36,591 nt of DNA. Source: an uncultured bacterium (lineage in GTDB: Bacteria; DYJV01). A model generated the notes under the pieces. The model ran no database searches. It saw only the letters and a program-made list of their open reading frames with translations, and was not told the DNA's origin. This document shows positions 10,513 through 19,084 of this stretch, in pieces. Position 1 is the stretch's first letter. The number at the start of each line of letters is the position of its first letter. The DNA lies in assembly GCA_964543655.1 (NCBI GenBank), contig CAZIZE010000028.1:1-36591 (forward strand). The letters are read 5' to 3'. The translations under genes and the position numbers were made by a program.

Positions 10513-11058
10513 CTACCCTGCTATTTTTATATTTCTTTCTTTGCAATATTTTTTAATATCTTCCTCTGTTATTATGTCAGGTCTTCCATGAATCCTTTCT
10601 TTACCAATCTTTTCCTGAATTTTCATAATAGCTGCAAGCAAACCCTCTGGTCGTGGAGGACAGCCTGGCAAGTAAACGTCAACTGGTATTACCTGATCAA
10701 CACCTTGCACCACTGCATAAGATTGAAAAATACCACCACATGATGCACATGCACCCATAGCTATAACCCATTTAGGGTCAGCTATTTGCTCATAAATTCT
10801 TTTAACCATTGGGGACATTTTCTTGGTAAGAGTACCGGCAACTATCATAAGATCTGATTGACGTGGAGATGGCCTGAAAACTTCTGAACCAAACCTCGCA
10901 ATATCGTAATGAGCAAGACTTGTTGCCATCATCTCAATAGCACAGCAAGCAAGACCAAATGTACATGGCCAAACTGAATTTCTTCTACCCCAGTTAACTA
11001 TTTTTTCCAATGTTGTGGTAACAATTGAACCTTCTGGTAATAAATATTCTATTCCCAT
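10513..11058 (-). CDS. nuoB: NADH-quinone oxidoreductase subunit B
   Basis: [22 protein letters not shown] and PGCPPRPE. Start moved to ATG 11058 (MGIEY), which overlaps the nuoA end and has aaggag upstream. Confidence 0.96.
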   Translation of the reverse strand: MGIEYLLPEGSIVTTTLEKIVNWGRRNSVWPCTFGLACCAIEMMATSLAHYDIARFGSEVFRPSPRQSDLMIVAGTLTKKMSPMVKRIYEQIADPKWVIAMGACASCGGIFQSYAVVQGVDQVIPVDVYLPGCPPRPEGLLAAIMKIQEKIGKERIHGRPDIITEEDIKKYCKERNIKIAG

Positions 11059-11426
11059 TCCAGTGCTCCTTTTTTCCATACATAGATAAAACCAACTAAT
11101 AAAATAAACATAAAAATAAACATTTCAACCAACCCAAAAGAACCTAACTGTTTAAAATAAACAGCCCAGGGATACATAAAAACACATTCAAGATCAAACA
11201 AAAGAAAAAGTAGTGCAAAAATATAGTATTTAACATCAAAAGAATACCAGGTAGGACCCTGAGTGGGTAATCCACTTTCATAAGGCTCATCTTTGTATGG
11301 GTTGTGTCTTCTTGGACCTAAAATAGCAGAAAAAAGCACCATAATAATCGCTACTACAGCACCAAGTATTAAAAAAAGCAAAATAGATGTGTAACTTCCA
11401 AGATATGAATTAATTGATGGAGTCAT
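11049..11426 (-). CDS. nuoA: NADH-quinone oxidoreductase subunit A
   Basis: [27 protein letters not shown] and WKKGALEW motifs; RBS gaggtg. Confidence 0.96.
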   Translation of the reverse strand: MTPSINSYLGSYTSILLFLILGAVVAIIMVLFSAILGPRRHNPYKDEPYESGLPTQGPTWYSFDVKYYIFALLFLLFDLECVFMYPWAVYFKQLGSFGLVEMFIFMFILLVGFIYVWKKGALEWE

Positions 11427-11470
11427 TTTTCACCTCTGCTTGTGAATTATTATTACAAATGAGCTGCATG

Positions 11471-11499
11471 CCTATAAATTATATTTTAACTGTTGTCAA
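11471..11499 (-). promoter_or_regulatory. Putative sigma70 promoter of the nuo operon
   Basis: Minus strand TTGACA (11499-11494), 17-nt spacer, TATAGG (11476-11471); the -10 element is imperfect. Confidence 0.45.
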
Positions 11500-11589
11500 G
11501 GAAAAAATAATTAAAAAATACAAAATAAATTATACAATTCAAATCAAAATATAAACGTAATTTAAAATAGTTATAAAACAAAAGATGTT

Positions 11590-12183
11590 TTATTTTCTTG
11601 ATGATTCTATTTTATTCATAAGAGCCATTAAGAATCCAAGAGTTATAAATGCACCTGGTGGCAAAATAAACACTATTATTGGAACATAGTTATATGCCAT
11701 AACATGTGCACCAAATAATGTTCCATTTCCAAGAATTTCTCTAATTGCTCCAAGAACTGTAAGAGATATGGTAAAGCCTATTCCTATACCAAGTCCATCA
11801 AAAAAAGATGCTATTAAATTGTTTTTTGAAGCAAAAGCTTCAGCTCTTCCAAGAATAATACAGTTCACAACAATAAGAGGAATAAATAATCCCAATTCTT
11901 TATGCAATTCATAAAAATATCCTGCCATAATCAAATCTATAATAGTAACAAATGATGCTATAATAACAATAAAAGCTGGTATCCTGACTTTTTTAGGTAT
12001 AAAATTTCTAACTAATGAGATAACTATATTTGAGCATACAAGAACAAAAGTTGTGGCTAACCCCATACCAATGCCATTAATAGCAGCTGTTGTAACAGCA
12101 AGGGTGGGACACATTCCAAGAACAAGTTTAAAAGTAGGATTTAAATCCCACAACCCTTTGGTAAACTCTCTTTTGTATTCCAT
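11590..12183 (-). CDS. rnfE: Rnf electron transport complex subunit E
   Basis: NP..LGMCPTLAVTT, VRIP, LFIPLIVVNCIILGRAEAFA and LPPGAF. Confidence 0.96.
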   Translation of the reverse strand: MEYKREFTKGLWDLNPTFKLVLGMCPTLAVTTAAINGIGMGLATTFVLVCSNIVISLVRNFIPKKVRIPAFIVIIASFVTIIDLIMAGYFYELHKELGLFIPLIVVNCIILGRAEAFASKNNLIASFFDGLGIGIGFTISLTVLGAIREILGNGTLFGAHVMAYNYVPIIVFILPPGAFITLGFLMALMNKIESSRK

Positions 12184-12210
12184 ATATATCCTCCTGAAAT
12201 AACAAACTGA

Positions 12211-12786
12211 TTATTTTTTTAAAATTTTATTTTTATTTTTAGCATAAAATTTCAATCCATTGTAAACAGCTTTGGTAACAGCCCTTGGAGATATTGTGGC
12301 ACCAGAAATTTGGTCAATATCACCACCATCTTTTTTCACTTTCCACACAGTATTTTTCAAATTTCTATTTTTAAACTGATCTTTAAACCACTTTTCAGTA
12401 ATTTTAGCACCAAGGCCTGGGGTCTCTGACATTGATAAAATTTCTATCCCATTAATTGAATCATTTTTTGTTTTTATACCAAGCATAATTTCTATTGTAC
12501 CACCATAACCTTCATTAGAATAAACCTTAAAAGCAACTCCGCAGATTTTGCCATTTTTATTTTTTCCAATAAATATATCTTTTTTATTAATTGTAATTTT
12601 ATCTTTAAGTGGGTCATTTACACTACAGGGTGGAAGCACTGATTTAATAGCCCTTATCATTTCTAACCTTTTCTGCTTTGCTATAGGCTCTTTTGTAATA
12701 TTATATATTAGAGCAAGAGAAAATGCTGAAATAACACAAATCAAAGTTAGCACCTTAACTAATTTCAATGTATTGTCTTGCTTCAT
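12211..12786 (-). CDS. rnfG: Rnf complex subunit G (covalent FMN)
   Basis: N-terminal TM segment, GYGG, ETPGLG and DQISGATIS flavinylation motif. Confidence 0.95.
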   Translation of the reverse strand: MKQDNTLKLVKVLTLICVISAFSLALIYNITKEPIAKQKRLEMIRAIKSVLPPCSVNDPLKDKITINKKDIFIGKNKNGKICGVAFKVYSNEGYGGTIEIMLGIKTKNDSINGIEILSMSETPGLGAKITEKWFKDQFKNRNLKNTVWKVKKDGGDIDQISGATISPRAVTKAVYNGLKFYAKNKNKILKK

Positions 12787-12805
12787 ACGAAAAACTCCTT
12801 AAAAT

Positions 12806-13798
12806 TTAGTTGGTTGGCTTAAAACCAAACTTTTTAGGTCTAACATATTTATCAATTAGAGGTGTTACAGAGTTCATCAATAATATTGCAAATGAAACAC
12901 CTTCTGGATATCCACCCCACAACCTTATTACAGCAGTTAATAAACCACAACCTATACCAAAGATTATCATACCTTTCTCTGTAATAGGTGATGTAACCAT
13001 ATCTGTAGCCATAAAAAAAGCACCAAGCATTAAGCCTCCTGATAAAATATGATAAATTGGATTTATATAAACCTGTGGATTAATTGCCCACATAATTCCT
13101 GTAACAAGAAAAACAGTTGCTATAAAAGATACCGGTATATGCCACCTTACATAACCTCTGTAAATCAAATATAAACCACCTGCTATTAATGCAAGTGCTG
13201 AAACTTCACCAATACAACCACCTGTATTACCAATAAGTAAATCAAAAATAGAGTAAGCTTTTGCGTGTATAATTTTACCATGCAGCATAACCTCTTCTTT
13301 AACAAGACCAAGAGGTGTTGCCTCTGTAACAATATCTGGATGCCAAAAACTCCCTGCAAGAACAGGTTTCATCCATTTGGTCATTTGAACTGGAAATGAA
13401 ATAAGTAGAAACACCCTTGCTACAAGAGCTGGATTAAAAAGATTATGTCCAAGCCCACCAAAAACCTGCTTGGCTATTACAATTGCAACAAAACTACCAA
13501 CCAATGCAACCCACCAGGGTGAAGCAGCAGGTAAATTAAGACCGAGCAACAATCCTGTAACAAGTGCGCTACCATCAAAAACAGAAATTTTTTGCTTAAA
13601 CAACTTCTGCCAGCCATATTCAATTGCCATAGAAAACACACAACATAAAACAACTACTTTAATTGCAGGAAAACCAAAAACATAAAAGCCTACAAGTGTT
13701 GCCGGCAGTAGTGCAATGATAACATTGTACATTATTATTGGAATACTTTCTCCACAATGAACATGAGGTGAAGAAGTTAATAATAGCTTTTTCTCCAT
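12806..13798 (-). CDS. rnfD: Rnf complex subunit D
   Basis: Start moved to ATG 13798 (MEKKLLLTSSPH; RBS aaggag). KQVFGGLGHNLFNPA, VTEATPL (FMN Thr), GCIGEVS, FMATD and YPEGVSFAILLMN. Confidence 0.96.
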   Translation of the reverse strand: MEKKLLLTSSPHVHCGESIPIIMYNVIIALLPATLVGFYVFGFPAIKVVVLCCVFSMAIEYGWQKLFKQKISVFDGSALVTGLLLGLNLPAASPWWVALVGSFVAIVIAKQVFGGLGHNLFNPALVARVFLLISFPVQMTKWMKPVLAGSFWHPDIVTEATPLGLVKEEVMLHGKIIHAKAYSIFDLLIGNTGGCIGEVSALALIAGGLYLIYRGYVRWHIPVSFIATVFLVTGIMWAINPQVYINPIYHILSGGLMLGAFFMATDMVTSPITEKGMIIFGIGCGLLTAVIRLWGGYPEGVSFAILLMNSVTPLIDKYVRPKKFGFKPTN

Positions 13799-13823
13799 TC
13801 CAACTCCTTTTATTTTTGGAAAT

Positions 13824-15158
13824 TTATTTATTCTGCTTTGCTCTCCTAATCTCCATAGCTTTAGCTTTACCAAGCTTAAACATATGCACAAGTGGCCTAT
13901 GTGCCGGGCAAACATATGAGCAACAACCACACTCTATACAATCAAGAACATCATTATTATCTGCCTCCTCAAATAAACCTTTTTCTATTAATATACTCAT
14001 AAAACTTGGAACAAGATTAGCTGGACATGCCCTCACACAAGAACCACAGCTAATACAGGCTGTGTATTCATACTCTTTTACAATGTCATCAGTAAAAGCA
14101 AGTATTCCAGATGTGCCTTTTGTAACCGGGATATCTAAGGTATATTGCGCAAAACCTGTCATAGGTCCACCAAATATTATCTTTTTTGGTGGCTTTTTAA
14201 ATCCTTCACAATTTGAAATCAAATGCGAAGCTAAAGTTCCTATTTTTACTTTAAAATTTTTTGGTTTTTTGATTGCTTCTCCTGAAACTGTTGTTATTCT
14301 TTCAATTAATGGTTTTCCAAATCTAACAGCCTCATAAATAGCTGCCACAGTACCAGCATTTTGTACCACTGCACCTACATGCATTGGAAGTCCACCAGAA
14401 GGCACTTCCCTATTTGTAATAGCTTTAATAAGTTGCTTTTCTCCACCTTGAGGATACTTAACAGGAAGCTCAACTACTTCAATTGGTTCATTCTCCACCA
14501 TTCGACCTATTCGCTCAATACAATCAGGCTTATTGCCCTCAATTGCAATAATACCTGAATCAACACCAAGAATCTTCATTACAATTTTAGCACCTTCTAT
14601 TATTTTTTCTGGCTCTTCAAGCATTAATCTATAATCAGCAGTTAAATAAAGCTCACACTCCACACCATTAACAATAAATGTATCTATTTTAAAATCAGGA
14701 GGTGGACTTAACTTAACATGAGTGGGAAAAGTAGCTCCTCCCATTCCAACTATTCCAGCATTTTGAATTATCTTCAAAAGCTCTTTTGGTTCTAAATCAA
14801 GATAATTCTCATGTTCAACAAAGTCAACACTCCTGTACTGACCATCATTTTCAATCTCTACCATTAAAGAAGGTACACCAAAAGGAGCAGAAATAAAGGT
14901 TGAAATCTTTCTAACTGTGCCAGATACAGAGCTATGCACCGGTGCTGACACAAAACCTCCTGCTTCACCAACAACCTGACCAACAAGTATATAATCACCT
15001 TCTTTAACAACTGCTTTTGCTGGTGCTCCAATATGCTGAGAAAGAGGGATTCTAACTATTTCTGGAGCATCAAGTTGCTCTATTCTACTATTTTTACTAA
15101 GCTCTTTTTTATCTTCTGGATGAACACCACCTTTAAATTCAAAAATTTCAATAGCCAT
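13824..15158 (-). CDS. rnfC: Rnf complex subunit C
   Basis: Start moved to ATG 15158 (MAIEIFEFKGGVHP). QHIGAP, GMGGATFPTHVK, NGVECELYLTAD, YPQGGEKQL, CISCGSCVRACP and CIECGCCSYVCP. Confidence 0.96.
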   Translation of the reverse strand: MAIEIFEFKGGVHPEDKKELSKNSRIEQLDAPEIVRIPLSQHIGAPAKAVVKEGDYILVGQVVGEAGGFVSAPVHSSVSGTVRKISTFISAPFGVPSLMVEIENDGQYRSVDFVEHENYLDLEPKELLKIIQNAGIVGMGGATFPTHVKLSPPPDFKIDTFIVNGVECELYLTADYRLMLEEPEKIIEGAKIVMKILGVDSGIIAIEGNKPDCIERIGRMVENEPIEVVELPVKYPQGGEKQLIKAITNREVPSGGLPMHVGAVVQNAGTVAAIYEAVRFGKPLIERITTVSGEAIKKPKNFKVKIGTLASHLISNCEGFKKPPKKIIFGGPMTGFAQYTLDIPVTKGTSGILAFTDDIVKEYEYTACISCGSCVRACPANLVPSFMSILIEKGLFEEADNNDVLDCIECGCCSYVCPAHRPLVHMFKLGKAKAMEIRRAKQNK

Positions 15159-15177
15159 GCAAAGCTCTCCTGTTTTT

Positions 15178-16149
15178 TTACTGTAAAGTAATTGCTTCTT
15201 TTGGGCAATTTTGTTTACAAAGCCCACAGCCAAGGCATTTTTCCCTGTTTACAACGTGCACTTCTTTCAAATTACCACTAATTGCATTAACAGGGCAAAC
15301 TTTCTTACATTTACCACATCCAATACATTTATCTTTATCAATCATTGATTTAGGCTTATCTTTGTCATTAAAATCAACAATAACGCCAACAGGGCAGTTC
15401 TTGCTGCACAAACCGCAGTTAATACATTTATCAAAATCTATAACAGCAATGTTATCAACAACTTTAATTGCATTCACAGGGCAAACACGTTCACATTTAC
15501 CACAGCTGATACATCCAACAGAGCAAACCTTTTTAACCTTTGCACCTGTTTCTTTTGATGAGCATAATATTCTAACTTTTTTATTTACCGGCACAAGCTC
15601 TATTAAATTCCTTGGACAAACCTTTACACAATTACCACATCCAGTACATTTAGTCTCATCAACAACTGGAAGTCCAGACTCATCTATTTTAATTGCATCA
15701 AAAGGGCATACTTTTTCACAGGTACCAAGTCCAAAACATCCATAACTACAACCTTTATATCCACCACCAATAATTTGCGCCCCTCTACAATCATTAAACC
15801 CATTATATTCAAATTTTTTTACAACAATATCTTTACTACCTTTACATTTAACAAATGCAACTTTTCTAACACCAATGGAAACAGTTTTGCCCAAAATTTT
15901 AGCAACATTTACAATAGTCGCTTCATCAGCAGCAACACATCCATTTGGTTCTGCTTCACCTTTAACCACAGCTTCTGCAAAGTTAATACATCCTGCAAAA
16001 CCACATCCACCGCAATTTGCCTGTGGTAAAGCTTCATTTACTTCCTCAATTTTAGGATCTGTTTCAACTGCAAATACTTTAGAAGCAACACCAAGACCAA
16101 AACTTGCAATAACCCCAAGCAATCCTAAACAAAATATTGCATAAACCAT
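15178..16149 (-). CDS. rnfB: Rnf complex subunit B, long polyferredoxin form
   Basis: TM anchor, LPQANCGGCGFAGC, then six ferredoxin-type Cys motifs ending in CP. Confidence 0.95.
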   Translation of the reverse strand: MVYAIFCLGLLGVIASFGLGVASKVFAVETDPKIEEVNEALPQANCGGCGFAGCINFAEAVVKGEAEPNGCVAADEATIVNVAKILGKTVSIGVRKVAFVKCKGSKDIVVKKFEYNGFNDCRGAQIIGGGYKGCSYGCFGLGTCEKVCPFDAIKIDESGLPVVDETKCTGCGNCVKVCPRNLIELVPVNKKVRILCSSKETGAKVKKVCSVGCISCGKCERVCPVNAIKVVDNIAVIDFDKCINCGLCSKNCPVGVIVDFNDKDKPKSMIDKDKCIGCGKCKKVCPVNAISGNLKEVHVVNREKCLGCGLCKQNCPKEAITLQ

Positions 16150-16170
16150 AATTCCCCCGTATAATTAAGG

Positions 16171-16752
16171 TTATATTTTCACTAATCCAGAAAAACCCAT
16201 AAAAGCTAATGATAAGATTCCTGCTGTTATTAATGAAATTGCTGTGCCTTTAAAAACTTTTGGAATATCAGCTAATTCCATTTTCTCCCTTAAACCTGCA
16301 AAAATAGTAAGTGCAACACCAAAACCAACAGCTGAGCCTATACTAAAAACAAGCATTTCTATAAAATTGTAATTTTTCTGAATATTAAGCACAGCAGCAC
16401 CAAGAACAGCACAATTTGTTGTAATAAGAGGTAAAAAAATTCCAAGAGCTTGATATAAAGCTGGACTTGTTTTCTGCACAACCATTTCCACAAACTGAAC
16501 AAGTGCTGCAATTACAAGGATAAAAACTATTGTTTGAAGATATTGTAAATGAAGAGGATTTAAAACAGCATACTGAAGTATCCAGGTAATAACAGATGCC
16601 ACTGTCATTACAAAAATAACAGCCATGCTCATTCCAACCGCTGTTTCTACTTTTTTCGAAACACCAAGAAATGGACAAATACCAAGAAATCTTGAAAGGA
16701 TAAAGTTATTAACAAAAACTGCACTTATAAAGATAAGAATTAATTCAGCCAT
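16171..16752 (-). CDS. rnfA: Rnf complex subunit A
   Basis: Start moved to ATG 16752 (MAELILI; RBS ggaggag). [18 protein letters not shown] and [12 protein letters not shown]. Confidence 0.96.
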   Translation of the reverse strand: MAELILIFISAVFVNNFILSRFLGICPFLGVSKKVETAVGMSMAVIFVMTVASVITWILQYAVLNPLHLQYLQTIVFILVIAALVQFVEMVVQKTSPALYQALGIFLPLITTNCAVLGAAVLNIQKNYNFIEMLVFSIGSAVGFGVALTIFAGLREKMELADIPKVFKGTAISLITAGILSLAFMGFSGLVKI

Positions 16753-16780
16753 ACTCCTCCCCTTTTCAAAAAACTTTCCG

Positions 16781-16809
16781 AACATAAAATAAATAACTAA
16801 ATTAGTCAA
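16781..16809 (-). promoter_or_regulatory. Putative sigma70 promoter of the rnf operon
   Basis: Minus strand TTGACT (16809-16804), 17 nt, TATGTT (16786-16781), about 29 nt upstream of the rnfA ATG. Confidence 0.55.
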
Positions 16810-16836
16810 TAATTTTTTATAATTTCTGCTTTTTAC

Positions 16837-16865
16837 TTGACAAAAAAGAGTTTATCAAATATGAA
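16837..16865 (+). promoter_or_regulatory. Putative sigma70 promoter of the acyl-CoA ligase gene (divergent from rnf)
   Basis: TTGACA (16837-16842), 17 nt, TATGAA (16860-16865). Confidence 0.45.
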
Positions 16866-16912
16866 TAAAACATTGTTTATTTTTAAATATTAAATTATCA
16901 AGGAGGTACAAA

Positions 16913-18553
16913 ATGGCAAATAATCAAAACATAGAAAAATGTTTTAACAAAATTAATAGAGAGAATATAGAAGCTTTGCTTAATAGATATAACAAAATTA
17001 ACAGATGGATAATAGGAGATATATTTAAAAGAAGTGGTTACAGGTATCCAGATAAAATAGCATTATCTTTCAGAGGGACTGATTTTACATACAATCAGTT
17101 AGATGCTGAGATTAACAAAGTTGCAAATGCACTACTCGATTTAGGTATTAAAAAATATGATAGAGTAGCAATCCTTGCACACAATACCTTACACCATGTT
17201 TTAACATGGTTCGCATGCTCTAAAATTGGAGCAATATATCTCGCTATTAACTATCTTTTAAATGGCCCCGAGATAGAATATTGCATTAACCATTCTGAAA
17301 GTAAAATTTTCATAATTGAAGATGAGCTTTATCCTCAGGTAAAAGATGTTTTATCTAATATGAATAGTGTTGAAAAATTTATCTGGTCAAATCAGGGGAT
17401 TGGAGAAAGAGCCCCTGATGATACCTTTATTGATTTTGACACATGGTATAAGCCTTTTCCAGAAAATGAGCCAGATGTTATTGTTAGAATTGAAGACCCA
17501 TGTCAAATGACCTACACAAGTGGGACAGAATCAAAGCCAAAAGGAGTTATAATTAACCATCAGGCTTTAATTTCTCAGTATATTAGTATGATAATAGATG
17601 GTGGTTTTGATAATAATGATGTTTGTGTAAATGCGTTACCTATTTATCATTGCGCTCAAAGGGATGCATTTTTAACACCTATTTTCTATATTGGTGGTAC
17701 AAATATTTTAATCAGACCGGATATTGAAGAGATTCTATCCAATATTGATAAATGGAAAGCCACTATGTTTTTTGCTCCACCTACAGTATGGATTGGGATT
17801 TTAAGGCACCCTTCTTTTAGTAAATATAATCTATCCACCTTGAAAAAATTATATTATGGTGCTGCAATTATGCCTACTGAAATAATTAAAGAGCTACTTG
17901 AAAAATTTCAAGGAAGTAAACTATACAATGCATATGGACAAACAGAGCTTGCTCCACTTCACACTATTCTCAAATCAGAATACGCACTTACCAAACTTGG
18001 TTCTGTTGGGAAAGGTGTTCTTAATATGCAGACAAGATTGGAAGATGACAGTGGCAATACCATTAATGAAGCTGGGATTATTGGAGAAATTACTGGCAAA
18101 GGTCCTCATACAATGATTATGTATTTTAAAGATTTTGAAAAAACAGAAGAGGCAATGCGAGGTGGATGGTTCCACTCTGGTGATCTGGGTGTTCTTGACG
18201 AAGAGGGTTTCATTACAGTTGTTGATAGAAAAAAAGATATGGTTAAAACTGGTGGTGAAAATGTTTCAAGTAGAGAAGTTGAAGAAGCAATATACCTCGA
18301 CAAAAGAGTTGAAGAAGTTGCTGTAGTTGGTGTTAGTCATCCTAAGTGGGTTGAGGCAGTAACAGCTATTGTGGTTCCAAGAAAAGGAGAAAAAATTACA
18401 GAAGATGAAATAATTGAAATTTGCAAAAAAAATCTTGCACCATTTAAAGTTCCTAAAAAGGTTATTTTTATTGAGGCATTGCCCAAATCTCCAACAGGAA
18501 AAATTTTAAAAAGAGAATTAAGGGATATTTATAAGGATTTGTTTAATTCATAA
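16913..18553 (+). CDS. AMP-binding acyl-CoA synthetase (fatty-acid--CoA ligase family)
   Basis: YTSGTESKPKG, YGQTE, GWFHSGDLG, DRKKDMVKTGGENV and LPKSPTGKILKR; RBS aaggagg. Confidence 0.93.
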   Translation: MANNQNIEKCFNKINRENIEALLNRYNKINRWIIGDIFKRSGYRYPDKIALSFRGTDFTYNQLDAEINKVANALLDLGIKKYDRVAILAHNTLHHVLTWFACSKIGAIYLAINYLLNGPEIEYCINHSESKIFIIEDELYPQVKDVLSNMNSVEKFIWSNQGIGERAPDDTFIDFDTWYKPFPENEPDVIVRIEDPCQMTYTSGTESKPKGVIINHQALISQYISMIIDGGFDNNDVCVNALPIYHCAQRDAFLTPIFYIGGTNILIRPDIEEILSNIDKWKATMFFAPPTVWIGILRHPSFSKYNLSTLKKLYYGAAIMPTEIIKELLEKFQGSKLYNAYGQTELAPLHTILKSEYALTKLGSVGKGVLNMQTRLEDDSGNTINEAGIIGEITGKGPHTMIMYFKDFEKTEEAMRGGWFHSGDLGVLDEEGFITVVDRKKDMVKTGGENVSSREVEEAIYLDKRVEEVAVVGVSHPKWVEAVTAIVVPRKGEKITEDEIIEICKKNLAPFKVPKKVIFIEALPKSPTGKILKRELRDIYKDLFNS

Positions 18554-18706
18554 ACAAAAAAAGAAAAATTTAACTTGATTTTTCCCAAATTATGTTTTAA
18601 ACAGGAGAATATATTTTAAATTAATTTTTTTTAATTTGTAATTACAATTACATTCATTTGTAACATTTTTATTTATAAAATTAAAAATTATTAAAAGGAG
18701 GGAAAC

Positions 18707-19081
18707 ATGATTTTAAGCCTTAGAAAAAAAATGAAAGAGAAAAAAGGTTTTACCTTAATTGAATTATTGATTGTTGTTGCTATTATTGGTATTTTAGCTG
18801 CTATTGCTATTCCACAGTTCACAAAGTATAAAAAGAAAGCTGCTGCTGCTTCAGCACAAAGTGCAATTTCAAGTTGTATTAGTGAACTTGTTGCAACTTA
18901 TGCTGATAATTCAACACAAACCACTTGGACATGTTCTATTCCTAAAAGTAGTAATACTATAACTCTTACAATGAATGCATCTCAAGAGAAAGTTGCTGAT
19001 GTTTCAAGTACAACTATTACTGTTAGTGGTGTAGCAGTTACCTGCTCTGTTACTAACCAAGAAGTTTCATGCTCATATTAG
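18707..19081 (+). CDS. pilA: Type IVa major pilin
   Basis: Class III signal [27 protein letters not shown]; 110-aa mature pilin with four Cys; strong RBS aggaggg; followed by a terminator hairpin. Confidence 0.93.
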   Translation: MILSLRKKMKEKKGFTLIELLIVVAIIGILAAIAIPQFTKYKKKAAAASAQSAISSCISELVATYADNSTQTTWTCSIPKSSNTITLTMNASQEKVADVSSTTITVSGVAVTCSVTNQEVSCSY

Positions 19082-19084
19082 AAT

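Noticed and set aside
8805-11058. Group 4 NiFe hydrogenase / formate hydrogenlyase interpretation
   Set aside because: NuoD lacks both CxxC Ni-binding motifs and has the complex I His loop, DRLDY and GEIDR; NuoB has tandem CC; nuoA, J and K are present.
12548-16144. Plus-strand ORFs over the rnf genes (e.g. 13738..14337, 15362..15745)
   Set aside because: Antisense to well-conserved genes, with no recognisable motifs or RBS.
12806-16809. Longer N-termini for rnfA, rnfC and rnfD given by the ORF track
   Set aside because: Downstream ATGs have good RBSs and family-typical starts; the extensions overlap upstream genes or the promoter.
18707-19081. Electrically conductive e-pilin
   Set aside because: Only six aromatic residues in 110 mature residues (about 5.5%), with a long aromatic-free gap; the Geobacter similarity is confined to the generally conserved N-terminal helix.
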